Positions 37,904 to 47,665 of a DNA stretch of 64,000 bases are shown piece by piece. The translations under genes and the position numbers were made by a program. Numbering within the stretch: position 1 is the stretch's first letter; each line of letters opens with the position of its first letter. The notes beneath the pieces are model-generated. The model did not search any database and was not told where the DNA came from. It was given only the letters and a program-made list of their open reading frames with translations. This DNA is from a virus. The stretch is taken from positions 1 to 64,000 of IMG/VR virus record IMGVR_UViG_3300043436_002834. One strand, 5' to 3'.

Positions 37904-38896
37904 ATGAGTACAAAATTTGAAACAATCGGTAAGGTTACAGTCAAACCTTACACTGATCCTAATCAGGAAAACATGGGACTAGAAAAGTATAATTATGTGG
38001 TATTTCCAAATACTTTTCAAGTAGAAAGTTTAGCTGCTGTAGAACAAAATGGTAAGACCCGCTATTTAACTGGCCTTAATGAGTTTGCTCCAGAAGTTAA
38101 ACAAATTAAAGACCCAGAAAAAAGAAAAGCGGTTATTAAAGATATCCGTGAAACTGTAGCTACTTTAGAAAGAGAAAGAGCATTTAATCATTTAGATCCT
38201 GAAGACAAAGAGTTTTGGTCTAAAGTAGAAATGTTTAAGCCAGACAATTCAGAAATTTGGGGCAAGGTTAGTATTAAGTTAGGCAACGATGATGTTGTCC
38301 TTGATCCTAAAGAAAATCTTGATCACCTTATCTTAGTTAAAGCAATTGAAAACGGAGGATTTTCATTAGTGGCTTCTAACTTTGAAGAGGCAAAAAGAAC
38401 TAAAGCTAAATGGTACCTAGATAGACAAATTGATTCTGTTGCTTCTAGTGTTAGCATTACTAAGCTTAAAAATAAAGCAGGAGCTATTTTGGAAGAGTTA
38501 TCAGAAGAGCAACCAAGAAAACTATTCTACATTGCTAAAAACATTGATGGAAATAGTCCACAATACTCAAACAAAACTATGCCTGGTATTATCTATAGTA
38601 ATTTAGATAAATACATCAATGGTAAAGCATATGACAATAACTTAAAGCGTTGTGCTACTACATTTATTGAGCATGCAGAAATGAGTGTTGAGGATCTTAA
38701 AATTAAAGCAATTATTAAAGATGCTAGTTTCTATAAGTATATCATTGTTAAGTCTGATGGTATGCTTTATGAGCAAACACAAAATGTAATGCTTGGTAGA
38801 AATGTTTCTGATGTTTTAGAGTATTTAAAGAATCCAACCAATGAAGATATGTTAGATCTTTTAATGGCTAAGGTTGAAGATATTTGGAGTAAATAA
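37904..38896 (+). CDS. Conserved crAss-like protein downstream of MCP
   Basis: FW.....LDP...; LG....V.EYLKNP.N C-terminal motif. Confidence 0.7.
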   Translation: MSTKFETIGKVTVKPYTDPNQENMGLEKYNYVVFPNTFQVESLAAVEQNGKTRYLTGLNEFAPEVKQIKDPEKRKAVIKDIRETVATLERERAFNHLDPEDKEFWSKVEMFKPDNSEIWGKVSIKLGNDDVVLDPKENLDHLILVKAIENGGFSLVASNFEEAKRTKAKWYLDRQIDSVASSVSITKLKNKAGAILEELSEEQPRKLFYIAKNIDGNSPQYSNKTMPGIIYSNLDKYINGKAYDNNLKRCATTFIEHAEMSVEDLKIKAIIKDASFYKYIIVKSDGMLYEQTQNVMLGRNVSDVLEYLKNPTNEDMLDLLMAKVEDIWSK

Positions 38897-38910
38897 TTAA
38901 AATCTAGGAT

Positions 38911-39021
38911 ATGAAAACTACAATGAAAAAAGCAGCAACAAAACCAGTTATGAAAAATGGTGGCAAAGTAGCTGTACCTAAAAAAGCTATGGGTGGCAAA
39001 ATGGGTAAGAAATCTTGCTAA
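38911..39021 (+). CDS. 36-aa Lys-rich peptide (not in ORF track)
   Basis: MKTTMKKAATKPVMKNGGKVAVPKKAMGGKMGKKSC*. Confidence 0.6.
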   Translation: MKTTMKKAATKPVMKNGGKVAVPKKAMGGKMGKKSC

Positions 39022-39170
39022 TGGTTAAGAAAGGGCTTTACGCAAACATCCATGCTAAAAGAGAGCGCATTAAAAATGGTTCCGGGGAAACAATGAAAAA
39101 ACCCGGAACCAAAGGTGCGCCTACTAAAAAGGATTTTGTTAATTCTGCAAAGACAGCAAAAAAGAAATAA
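39021..39170 (+). CDS. 49-aa basic peptide (not in ORF track)
   Basis: MVKKGLYANIHAKRERIKNGSGETMKKPGTKGAPT...; TAATG coupling. Confidence 0.7.
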   Translation: MVKKGLYANIHAKRERIKNGSGETMKKPGTKGAPTKKDFVNSAKTAKKK

Positions 39171-39171
39171 A

Positions 39172-39300
39172 ATGGCTAAAACTACAACTAGTAAAACCAC
39201 AAAAAAATCAGATTGCGCAGTTAAGATTAAAAAATCTTTTCAAGCAGGATTAAATATAGGCCGTAATATGAAAAAGCCTGGTACTAAAAAGAAGAACTAA
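39172..39300 (+). CDS. 42-aa basic peptide
   Basis: MAKTTTSKTTKK...; tight packing. Confidence 0.6.
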   Translation: MAKTTTSKTTKKSDCAVKIKKSFQAGLNIGRNMKKPGTKKKN

Positions 39301-39590
39301 TGGCAAAGACACCTGCTTGGACTCGCAAGGAAGGCAAAAATCCAAATGGAGGATTAAATGCTAAAGGTAGAGCTTCTGCTAAAGCGCAAGGTTCTAATTT
39401 AAAAGCTCCTGTAAAATCAGGAACTAATCCACGAAGAGTGAGTTTTGCTGCTAGATTTGGAGGAATGGCTGGACCAGAAAAGAAACCTAATGGTGAACCT
39501 ACAAGATTAAAGTTAGCTTTAAAAGCTTGGGGCTTTGGTAGTAAAGAAGCGGCCAGAAAATTTGCAAATACACACAAAAAGAAAAGGTAA
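39300..39590 (+). CDS. Basic phage protein (DUF6321-like)
   Basis: PAWTRKEGKNPNGGLNAKGRAS...SFAARFGG...LKAWG. Confidence 0.75.
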   Translation: MAKTPAWTRKEGKNPNGGLNAKGRASAKAQGSNLKAPVKSGTNPRRVSFAARFGGMAGPEKKPNGEPTRLKLALKAWGFGSKEAARKFANTHKKKR

Positions 39591-39757
39591 TGGCAACTGT
39601 TAAAAAAGGTATGGGTTTTAAAGCAGCACAAAAAGGTATTGCTAAAAAACAAGGTTTATCAATGAAAGCTGCAGGAGCCATACTTGCATCTGCTGCTAGA
39701 AAAGCTTCGCCTGCAGCAAAGCGCAAAAACCCAAATCTCAAAAAAGTTAAAGGGTAA
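39590..39757 (+). CDS. 55-aa K/A-rich peptide (not in ORF track)
   Basis: MATVKKGMGFKAAQKGIAKKQG...AGAILAS...NPNLKKVKG*; TAATG coupling at both ends. Confidence 0.7.
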   Translation: MATVKKGMGFKAAQKGIAKKQGLSMKAAGAILASAARKASPAAKRKNPNLKKVKG

Positions 39758-40458
39758 TGACAAATGAAACTATTCAAATAAAGGTTAAGGAGCGTATTAA
39801 TAAGCTTGCTAGTAATGATTATGATAACATCATGCCTTGGCAAATTATTGAAGCTTTTAACAAAGGGATGACTGCTTGGTGCAGAAGAAACCTTATGGGT
39901 ACAAACATGACCAAAACTGGTGATGAGGCAAGTAAAAGAAGAATAGATGACCTTCAGATTTTGCTTACTGAAAAACCTTTAGCTATGGTTAAAAAAGATT
40001 TGTATTATCAATCCCCCAGTTTACCTACTAACTATTTTGAATGGAAGAGACTTTCTGCTAAAGCTAAAAAAGATTGCTGCGATGACAGAAGAATGGTAGT
40101 CTATTTAGCAGAGGAAGCCAATGTAGATGAGTTGTTAAGAGATCATAATAAGAAACCAAGTTTTGAATGGGCAGAAACATTTTCTACTATTCTTGGAAAT
40201 AAGATTAAGGTTTATACTAATAATGATTTTGAAATTGAATCTGCAGTATTGACATATTACAGACAACCCCGCAGAATTCAAATTCAAGGTGTATCTGATC
40301 CTTATACAGGACAAGTATCTACAAGTAATGTAGAATGCGAATTTAAAGATGACTTAGTGGAAGTTTTTATTGATGAGTGTGTCAAAATACTTGCAGGTGA
40401 TCTTGAAGATGTTACAGCAAATCAAATTGCAGATAATTCTGTAGAAACAAATAACTAA
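39757..40458 (+). CDS. Tail ring/adaptor structural protein
   Basis: KRRIDDLQ.L...LTYYRQP..I; crAss synteny. Confidence 0.7.
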   Translation: MTNETIQIKVKERINKLASNDYDNIMPWQIIEAFNKGMTAWCRRNLMGTNMTKTGDEASKRRIDDLQILLTEKPLAMVKKDLYYQSPSLPTNYFEWKRLSAKAKKDCCDDRRMVVYLAEEANVDELLRDHNKKPSFEWAETFSTILGNKIKVYTNNDFEIESAVLTYYRQPRRIQIQGVSDPYTGQVSTSNVECEFKDDLVEVFIDECVKILAGDLEDVTANQIADNSVETNN

Positions 40459-40465
40459 TAATAAA

Positions 40466-40924
40466 ATGAACACTCCACAAAGAGGTCTATTAAAAAGACC
40501 AACGACCCAAGCTCCCGCTGCACCATATAAACAAGGTAACAGTAGTTGTGAAGAACAAACAACAATGTTAATTTGTGAAATGATGAATGCTGCATCTGCT
40601 TTTCATAAACTTCATTTAAAATTAACAGGTGTAGGTTCTTATGCAGCACACAAAGCACTTAACGAGTTGTATGATGCTTTGCCTGGACATGCAGATAGTC
40701 TTGCAGAAGGTTATCAAGGTGCTGCAGAAACAATACTAAACTATGTTGAATGTGCACCAAGAATATTAAATACTGTTGATGATGGCATAGCATATATTAG
40801 AGAAATGTATGACATGATTTGTGCGTTGCAAGAAGTTATGTGTTACTCAGAAATTTCTAATGAATTAGATAATGCAAAGAGTATATTATCTTCTACAAAA
40901 TACAAACTTTTGTTTTTAAAATAA
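40466..40924 (+). CDS. Ferritin/Dps-like protein (DUF5856-like)
   Basis: H..H.....SYAAHKAL..LYD.L....D.LAE.YQG ... KYKL.FL. Confidence 0.75.
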   Translation: MNTPQRGLLKRPTTQAPAAPYKQGNSSCEEQTTMLICEMMNAASAFHKLHLKLTGVGSYAAHKALNELYDALPGHADSLAEGYQGAAETILNYVECAPRILNTVDDGIAYIREMYDMICALQEVMCYSEISNELDNAKSILSSTKYKLLFLK

Positions 40925-41002
40925 AAAAGCGCTGGCAAATTTGCTTTTTCAAAAATAATTTGCTATATTGAATATGTTGTTTATTAATTAAAAAAAAGAA
41001 AA

Positions 41003-42577
41003 ATGAGTTATTTTAATCACGCGTACCGCAAATCATTTGTAGGTACAAAAGCTACCCAATCTGGGTCAGGTACAGCTAAAGCGGTGAATAATGGATTCTT
41101 GCTTGATGCAGGTGTTCCTACTTCTGCTCTTGCTGATACAGCAGCACCATACTCTTTAGGAGTTGGTACTTACGGATTCTTTAATCCAAACACTTATCTA
41201 TCTGTAAACAATGCTTCTGCTGAAGTAATTGCCGGAAAACCTTTGGTTTTTGCTGCTGCGTCATTGTTTCAAAATGATAAGATTGGTCCATTCCACGGTG
41301 GATATAAAGAGTCTAACAAATCTAAGATGATCAATCCGCGATTTGTTCACAAATTTTCTAAAATGACAGGTGCTGGTTCAGAGCAATCAATCTGGCACTT
41401 AGGTAATACTAACTGGAATGCTAATTCAATTGCTACTTTAGGTGCAATTACAGCAGGTACTGGTTATACTAACGGTACTTATACTAATATTGCTTTAGTA
41501 GGTGGTTCAGGTGTTGGTGCATTTGCTACAGTAGTTGTAGCTGGTGGTATTGTAACAGGTATTACTATTACACAACCTGGTCAAGGTTATGCTGCTGGTG
41601 ATGTTCTTACTTTGCCTGCAACAGTTCCTTACACTGCAGGTACAGAGGCATCTGTATTAGTTGCTACTATTAAGTATACAAAAGGTGCAAAATGTGATTT
41701 TGAATTCTTTTGTGGTGAAAACTATAATCTTCGTTTGGACTTGTGGGGTTCACCAGTACTTCGTTACTTAAACCATGACTTGTACAAAACTCTTTCTGTT
41801 AACACAGCTTGTTGTCCTGCAGGTTCAATTGCTCCTACAAATGTAGATTCTACATTGGTAATGATTGACTGGGCTAACCAAATTGTTAATGATGTATGGT
41901 TGCAGTATTTTATTCGCCCAATTGTCTATACACAAACAGGTGTTCCATTGTTTGCTACTGCTGCTGAAGCTGTTGCTGCTGGTTTCCCTGCAGGTAATGT
42001 ATGGTCAACATATGTAAGCCCAGGTCATATTGCAGGTGCAACTGCTGGTATCCGTTTTATTGGTGCTTATGTTGAAACTAAATTTGGTAACTGTTCATTC
42101 CAAAACTCTGATTTCTTTGAGAAAGAAGTAGTTCAAATGAATGTATCATTAACAGATTTGACTGGTGATCCATGTGAGTTTTCTGCTCTTTGTGCTAACA
42201 AAGAATATGCAGGATTTACAGGTCAAGGATTTGGTGAAACTGTATTGCGTGATGTAATTCTTGATGAGTCTTACTTGCAAAATCACTTCTCTAATGATGT
42301 CCGCATTCGCGAGATTACTCAAGGAGATCAGTATTTTTCTGCAATCAACCGTAATGCATTATATACTCGCTATGTAATCCAACACAGTGTTCCACGTTAT
42401 AACAACCCTTCAGGTGTTTATGACGATGATCAATATGCATTGAACATTTATGTTCCTGCTGCTACAGCAACTGCATTTGAAACATTCATGGCAACATGGT
42501 TAGGTGCAGCCGCAGTAGGTGGTGTAGTAACACTACAAACTTACGGTCACACTGCTTACACACCAGCAGTACTTTAA
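41003..42577 (+). CDS. Abundant structural protein (auxiliary capsid-like) with GxGY beta insertion
   Basis: Own promoter and terminator, MCP-like codon bias, GTGYT...GQGY insert. Confidence 0.65.
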   Translation: MSYFNHAYRKSFVGTKATQSGSGTAKAVNNGFLLDAGVPTSALADTAAPYSLGVGTYGFFNPNTYLSVNNASAEVIAGKPLVFAAASLFQNDKIGPFHGGYKESNKSKMINPRFVHKFSKMTGAGSEQSIWHLGNTNWNANSIATLGAITAGTGYTNGTYTNIALVGGSGVGAFATVVVAGGIVTGITITQPGQGYAAGDVLTLPATVPYTAGTEASVLVATIKYTKGAKCDFEFFCGENYNLRLDLWGSPVLRYLNHDLYKTLSVNTACCPAGSIAPTNVDSTLVMIDWANQIVNDVWLQYFIRPIVYTQTGVPLFATAAEAVAAGFPAGNVWSTYVSPGHIAGATAGIRFIGAYVETKFGNCSFQNSDFFEKEVVQMNVSLTDLTGDPCEFSALCANKEYAGFTGQGFGETVLRDVILDESYLQNHFSNDVRIREITQGDQYFSAINRNALYTRYVIQHSVPRYNNPSGVYDDDQYALNIYVPAATATAFETFMATWLGAAAVGGVVTLQTYGHTAYTPAVL

Positions 42578-42597
42578 GATTGTAACAATATCTTCCT

Positions 42598-42638
42598 AAA
42601 ATGGAGAATGGAGGCTTTCTCTATTCTCCATTTTTTTT
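42598..42638 (+). terminator. Rho-independent terminator
   Basis: aatggagaat/attctccatt stem plus T-tract. Confidence 0.75.
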
Positions 42639-42649
42639 AAATAGAAATT

Positions 42650-43210
42650 ATGGCAACAAATTCATTAAGTTTAAACATTCCTAATATTATGACAGATTGT
42701 ATTCTTCGCATTGAAGATACAAGTGTATATGAGCCTTTGTTGCCATATATTTGTCCAACTGTCCAAGTATTAGTTCCAGGCTACCGAGATTGTGTAACCT
42801 TTAATGACACAACTGTTCCTACAGTTGATAAAGGTTTTATATTCAATTTAACAGCCTGCGACCTAAAAGTACAAAGTGCTCATTGTGGAACTGAATTTGA
42901 TGCATTGCCTGATGGCATATATGTGATTAAATATTCTATCTCTCCTAATGACAGAATGTATGTAGAATATAATCATCTGCGAGTTACAGCTTTAAGAGCG
43001 AAACTTAAAGAACAATGGTGTAATTTGAAACTAAGTGCTTGCGAACCAATACCTGAAACCAAAGAGAAATTTTTATCTTTGATGGAGATTACTGGTTATA
43101 TAGATGCTGCTCAAGCTAAAGCAGAATACTGTTTAGATCATGAGCAAGCAATGGTTCTATATAACTATGCTAAAAAATTATTAGACGGTTATTGTTGTAA
43201 ATTATATTAA
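42650..43210 (+). CDS. Tail collar/hub structural protein
   Basis: LPDGIY.IKYS..P motif; crAss synteny. Confidence 0.65.
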   Translation: MATNSLSLNIPNIMTDCILRIEDTSVYEPLLPYICPTVQVLVPGYRDCVTFNDTTVPTVDKGFIFNLTACDLKVQSAHCGTEFDALPDGIYVIKYSISPNDRMYVEYNHLRVTALRAKLKEQWCNLKLSACEPIPETKEKFLSLMEITGYIDAAQAKAEYCLDHEQAMVLYNYAKKLLDGYCCKLY

Positions 43211-43211
43211 T

Positions 43212-43352
43212 ATGGCGAAGAGTTGTCCAAATTGTGGAATCTGCACATGCACAGGAACTTATTTAGTAAATGCCACAAATGGCAAACCATGCTGCACAGC
43301 ATGTGTTAATGTGGTCAATCAGCAAATTGCTGAAGGCCAAAATGTAAAATAA
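43212..43352 (+). CDS. 46-aa Cys-rich peptide (not in ORF track)
   Basis: MAKSCPNCGICTCTG...CCTACVN; 7 Cys. Confidence 0.65.
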   Translation: MAKSCPNCGICTCTGTYLVNATNGKPCCTACVNVVNQQIAEGQNVK

Positions 43353-43355
43353 CTA

Positions 43356-44138
43356 ATGGCTACAATTATACCAGAAGAAAGATATCAGCTTATCTGTTGT
43401 TCTACAGGAACTCCGTTAATGATTAATTCATTACCGGCTGTTTTTGTTTTTAATGGAATTACAAGCAATGATAATCATCCAGATGATTATTTAGAAGTAG
43501 TAATAACTGCAATTAAAGATATCAATGCTAATGTAGTCACTGGTTGTTATAGATTAGTTGAAGCAGATTGCGAACAGGAATGGGAAGAATTGCTTTGGCA
43601 AGACTTTTTTGTGCAAACAGAATGTGTAAATACATGTCAAGAGTGTTTACCTAAACCTGCACCTGTTGTTCCAATTACTAATCACAAAGTTATTTATGCG
43701 GATTATAAAGTTAATAATGCTGATCCGTATAAAGCAGAAAAAATCTTTTGCGCTTTTGGTGATGTTAATTATCAAAAGGTTTTATCATTAAGATATGGCA
43801 TTCAATTCTGTTGTCCTACAGATCTAATGCAATCTACTATAGAGCATGAAATACTAAAGATGGATATAACTACTGACCCGGATGCTTGTAAGTGTATTAC
43901 ACCGCCTCCAGGGACTTGTAAGAAGTACACAGTAACTATACCAAGTTCAGTTGAAGGTTACTTATACTTTAAAGACTGCGATAATGTTAGCAGAACAGTT
44001 CAGTTTTATTCTTCTTCATCTGCACATGATGTTTATGTGTGTGGTATAACAGGACAAACAAATCAAGATATTTATATCTTGGCTAATAATCATGCAGTAA
44101 TGCAAGTTCAGTTTTCTGAAGGAGTTGACTGCAATTGA
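43356..44138 (+). CDS. Cys-rich structural protein
   Basis: LRYGIQFCC motif, many Cys. Confidence 0.65.
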   Translation: MATIIPEERYQLICCSTGTPLMINSLPAVFVFNGITSNDNHPDDYLEVVITAIKDINANVVTGCYRLVEADCEQEWEELLWQDFFVQTECVNTCQECLPKPAPVVPITNHKVIYADYKVNNADPYKAEKIFCAFGDVNYQKVLSLRYGIQFCCPTDLMQSTIEHEILKMDITTDPDACKCITPPPGTCKKYTVTIPSSVEGYLYFKDCDNVSRTVQFYSSSSAHDVYVCGITGQTNQDIYILANNHAVMQVQFSEGVDCN

Positions 44139-44175
44139 TTAGGATAATTAATTTAAATTTTGTATATTATTAGCT

Positions 44176-44688
44176 ATGGGAAAGCCAACAAATACTAAAA
44201 GAGCCGGATGTGCTGTAACAACAAGTAATTGTGTTGTTTGGCAAGGACCTGATTTATGTTGCATTGATTTGTGTCATGGTGATACAATTAGCGATGTAAT
44301 AAATGAAATTGCAAAAAAGATTTGTAAGATCTTTGAAATGTTAAATGTTCAAAGTTATGATCTATCAGAACTTATTACAACTGAATGTCCTCCTGCAAAC
44401 TTTGTAGAATTAATTCAATTATTAATTGATCAAGTTGCAGCAATTAAAAATAATCCTGCATCTGGTGTTGCCGGTGCAAGTGGATGTCCAGATTGTGAAA
44501 TTGCTACTGCTGCTTGTTTTCATGAAAGATACGGAACTGTATTGCAATTAACAGATTATGTTACTGCAATTGGAACTACTTTATGTGAACAGCAAGTAGT
44601 AATTCAAACACAAAATAATGCTATTGCTCAATTGACTATTCAGTTAGCAAACATGCAAACTCAGTTGAACTTATTAATTGGAGGATAA
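44176..44688 (+). CDS. Cys-rich fibre anchor protein
   Basis: SNCVVWQGPDL.C motif plus coiled coil. Confidence 0.65.
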   Translation: MGKPTNTKRAGCAVTTSNCVVWQGPDLCCIDLCHGDTISDVINEIAKKICKIFEMLNVQSYDLSELITTECPPANFVELIQLLIDQVAAIKNNPASGVAGASGCPDCEIATAACFHERYGTVLQLTDYVTAIGTTLCEQQVVIQTQNNAIAQLTIQLANMQTQLNLLIGG

Positions 44689-45428
44689 TGAAAAGAAAAT
44701 GCACCCCAATAAATAATGCAATAACAATTAAAACTCCGGTTACTTGTCCTGCACCAATTGCTCCTATAGTTGATGGTTGTGTAGATCCATTTACATATAC
44801 TTGGAACATGGCGGTTAATCAAGCATTACTTGATAGCACATTTTCTGTAGGAGAATATTTTGATAGGATATTAGATAAAGGTTTAATGGCATCAAGTGCA
44901 ACAAATGTATGTTGCCCTGATTGCATTGAAAATCCAATTTATGTTTTAGCAAGTGTTGAATCATTTTTAAAATTAGCTGATTTTATGGGTTGGCTAAATG
45001 ATGATACAAATCAACCATGTTGTACAAATATTCAAGCAAGTATAGAAACTTATTTAAAATACAATGATGCTTGGCAAGTTGATCAACCAGAATGCTGTAA
45101 AACTGATTTTGAATCATGTTTAAATCAATTTTCAACTATTGTTAATTTAGATAGAATGATTGATAAAGGGATTGTGGAAGCAAATGGTTTTGATGGAAAT
45201 ACTTTGCTTTGCAAAATTTATGAATTGTTTGTTAATACTCCGGAAGATTTACTGCAAGGTGCAACATTATCAGATATATTTGATAGAATTTTAGATAAAG
45301 GTTTTGTTGCTTACTGTTGTGACTGTAATGTAATTATTGGTTCAATTGAAACATTTTTAAAATGGTGGGACGCCACAGGCGGATGTGGAACAGTGGCATT
45401 GCCAGCACCAGCACCAGCACTAGGATAA
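44688..45428 (+). CDS. Cys-rich repeat protein, paralog 1
   Basis: Three DR(I/M)(L/I)DKG...S(V/I)E(S/T)(F/Y)LK units, CCPDC. Confidence 0.65.
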   Translation: MKRKCTPINNAITIKTPVTCPAPIAPIVDGCVDPFTYTWNMAVNQALLDSTFSVGEYFDRILDKGLMASSATNVCCPDCIENPIYVLASVESFLKLADFMGWLNDDTNQPCCTNIQASIETYLKYNDAWQVDQPECCKTDFESCLNQFSTIVNLDRMIDKGIVEANGFDGNTLLCKIYELFVNTPEDLLQGATLSDIFDRILDKGFVAYCCDCNVIIGSIETFLKWWDATGGCGTVALPAPAPALG

Positions 45429-45439
45429 ATTAAAAGAAG

Positions 45440-46105
45440 ATGAGTTGTAAAAAATGTAAAACAAGTAAATGCTCATGTGAAACTACAATTTGCACAAATC
45501 CTTTGATTTATGCAATGAAAAGTGTTTTTTCATTAGTTGATGGTAATGCAAATTTACCTACTGTACTTTCTGATGTTTTAACTGGAGGAATATCTATTTC
45601 AAATAACAAAAATCTTTGTTGTCCAGATTGCAAGAATGGAATTTACTTTTTAGGAGGTGCAGAAAATTTTATAAATTTATACAATACTACAACAACAAGA
45701 ATATGTTGTTTAGAACACGCATCCGCTGTAGAAACTTGGTTAACGGTAATAGAAGCAACAGGAAATAAATACGGATGTTGCAATACTGATTTTAATGAAG
45801 CATTTCAACAATGGTTTGATGCATCAAGTTCGTCAAGTGCTAACTTTTACTTAGATGATTTAGTAGAATTAGGTATTCTTGAATCTTCCTCATTTAATGG
45901 GTACAGCGGGCTAGGTATTTTATTTAACTATCTTCAGCTGAACCATCCGGAACTAACTCCTGAAAATTATTTAAACATTTTAAGCGTTATTGTAAATTTA
46001 GGACTTGTTATTCAATGTAACGGTTGTGAAATTGTAATAGCTTCTGTAGACACATATTTAACATGGGTTGAAGCTATTGGTGGCGGAGGCGGAGTACCTG
46101 CATAA
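45440..46105 (+). CDS. Cys-rich repeat protein, paralog 2
   Basis: CCPDC, CC.TDF, ASVDTYL shared with previous ORF. Confidence 0.65.
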   Translation: MSCKKCKTSKCSCETTICTNPLIYAMKSVFSLVDGNANLPTVLSDVLTGGISISNNKNLCCPDCKNGIYFLGGAENFINLYNTTTTRICCLEHASAVETWLTVIEATGNKYGCCNTDFNEAFQQWFDASSSSSANFYLDDLVELGILESSSFNGYSGLGILFNYLQLNHPELTPENYLNILSVIVNLGLVIQCNGCEIVIASVDTYLTWVEAIGGGGGVPA

Positions 46106-46129
46106 TTATAAAATTAAAAATTACTAGAA

Positions 46130-47164
46130 ATGGGATGTTCATCTTGTCAACAAAATAATCATGTAGTACCAAGTACACATGTACACAATCCAACTGCACA
46201 AACTCATTGTGAATGTGCTTGTGGTTGTGAGGAACCGGTGTGTCCTACACCTCAGCCTTGTACTGAGATTACAGATAGCAAATGTATCATTTATACTGAT
46301 GCTCCTATTAAGTGTGGAAATAACGTTGTTGTAACCACTAATGCTAGTGTTTCTACAGCTCTAAACCAAATTACAAACTTTTTTTGTGGTTTAGCAGGCT
46401 TAGTAACAACAGCGGATATACTTTGCGGGGACACTGTAATTGTACCTGCAGGAAGTTCAATTCAGGCAGCTTTTGAATTAACAGTACAATTTATTTGTAG
46501 TATTCAATTAACCCCGGGTCCACAAGGTCCTGCTGGCGCTCAAGGTCCCGTAGGAGCAACTGGTGCAACTGGTGCTACTGGACAGCAAGGTCCAATTGGT
46601 TTAACTGGCGCAACAGGTCCACAAGGCCCGATAGGATTAACAGGACCCGCTGGAGCAGCAGGTTTATATTCACAAACTAGAAGTTCTACTCCTGTGACTA
46701 ATGCAACAGGAATGGCTTCATTAATTGGTCTTGGTTCAGGAACATTAAGTGTACCAGCAAATGCTTTTCAAGTAGGTGATTCTTTTAAAGCTACATTACA
46801 TGGACAAGTTACATGTGCAAATAACCAACAATTAAGGGTTGTAATTTTTTCTAATGGTAATATATTAGCCACTACACCTTTGATTGTATTGCCGCAAATT
46901 ACAGGAAAACACTGGACATTAGAAATTGATTTTGTTATTCGCGCAATTGGCGGTCCGGCAACTGCAGTTATTATGACAGGAGGTAATTTCATTTACAATA
47001 AAGATTCTAATAATGTCTATGAGGGTGTTGGTTTTAGATTTGAACAAGCTACTTTATTTGATACAACTGTATTAAACACATTGACTATTGAAGCTGAATG
47101 GGGAACGGTTAATGCAGCGAATTCTATCTACAGCGAAATTTTCAATTTATTTAAAACATTCTAA
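46130..47164 (+). CDS. Cys-rich collagen fibre protein
   Basis: Cys-rich N-terminus, G-X-Y repeats, C-terminal beta-sandwich. Confidence 0.75.
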   Translation: MGCSSCQQNNHVVPSTHVHNPTAQTHCECACGCEEPVCPTPQPCTEITDSKCIIYTDAPIKCGNNVVVTTNASVSTALNQITNFFCGLAGLVTTADILCGDTVIVPAGSSIQAAFELTVQFICSIQLTPGPQGPAGAQGPVGATGATGATGQQGPIGLTGATGPQGPIGLTGPAGAAGLYSQTRSSTPVTNATGMASLIGLGSGTLSVPANAFQVGDSFKATLHGQVTCANNQQLRVVIFSNGNILATTPLIVLPQITGKHWTLEIDFVIRAIGGPATAVIMTGGNFIYNKDSNNVYEGVGFRFEQATLFDTTVLNTLTIEAEWGTVNAANSIYSEIFNLFKTF

Positions 47165-47166
47165 GC

Positions 47167-47664
47167 ATGTGTGTAAATTGCGGAAATAATCATTGTGCTG
47201 GAAATTGCCAAGTACTTCCTAAAGGTTTAAGAGGACCTAGAGGATACAAAGGCGATAAAGGAGATAAAGGAGATCAGGGTCCTATTGGATTAACTGGTCC
47301 GCAAGGCCCTGCCGGAAATCCTGGCACTAACGGTGCTTCTGGTCTTCCTGGCGGTGTTGGACCTCAAGGTCCTATTGGACCCATTGGACCACAAGGGTTA
47401 CCTGGACTTCCTGGAGCAAATGGGATTAACGGTACTAATGGTTTAGATGGAGCTCCGGGTCCTGCCGGCAATGCAGGTCCACAAGGAGATCAAGGTTATT
47501 CAGGTAGAGGTGTAGCTGTATTTACACAAGCTAGTCAACCTACCGCAGCTGACTTTAATACGTCTTATGGTTCTGTAGATGGATTTGGTGTTAATTATGT
47601 ACCAGGTTCGGGAAACAATGCTATCCGTCCAGGAGATATCTGGATTCAATCTTGTACACCTTAA
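47167..47664 (+). CDS. Collagen fibre protein
   Basis: About 30 G-X-Y triplets, ends GDIWIQ. Confidence 0.8.
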   Translation: MCVNCGNNHCAGNCQVLPKGLRGPRGYKGDKGDKGDQGPIGLTGPQGPAGNPGTNGASGLPGGVGPQGPIGPIGPQGLPGLPGANGINGTNGLDGAPGPAGNAGPQGDQGYSGRGVAVFTQASQPTAADFNTSYGSVDGFGVNYVPGSGNNAIRPGDIWIQSCTP

Positions 47665-47665
47665 T

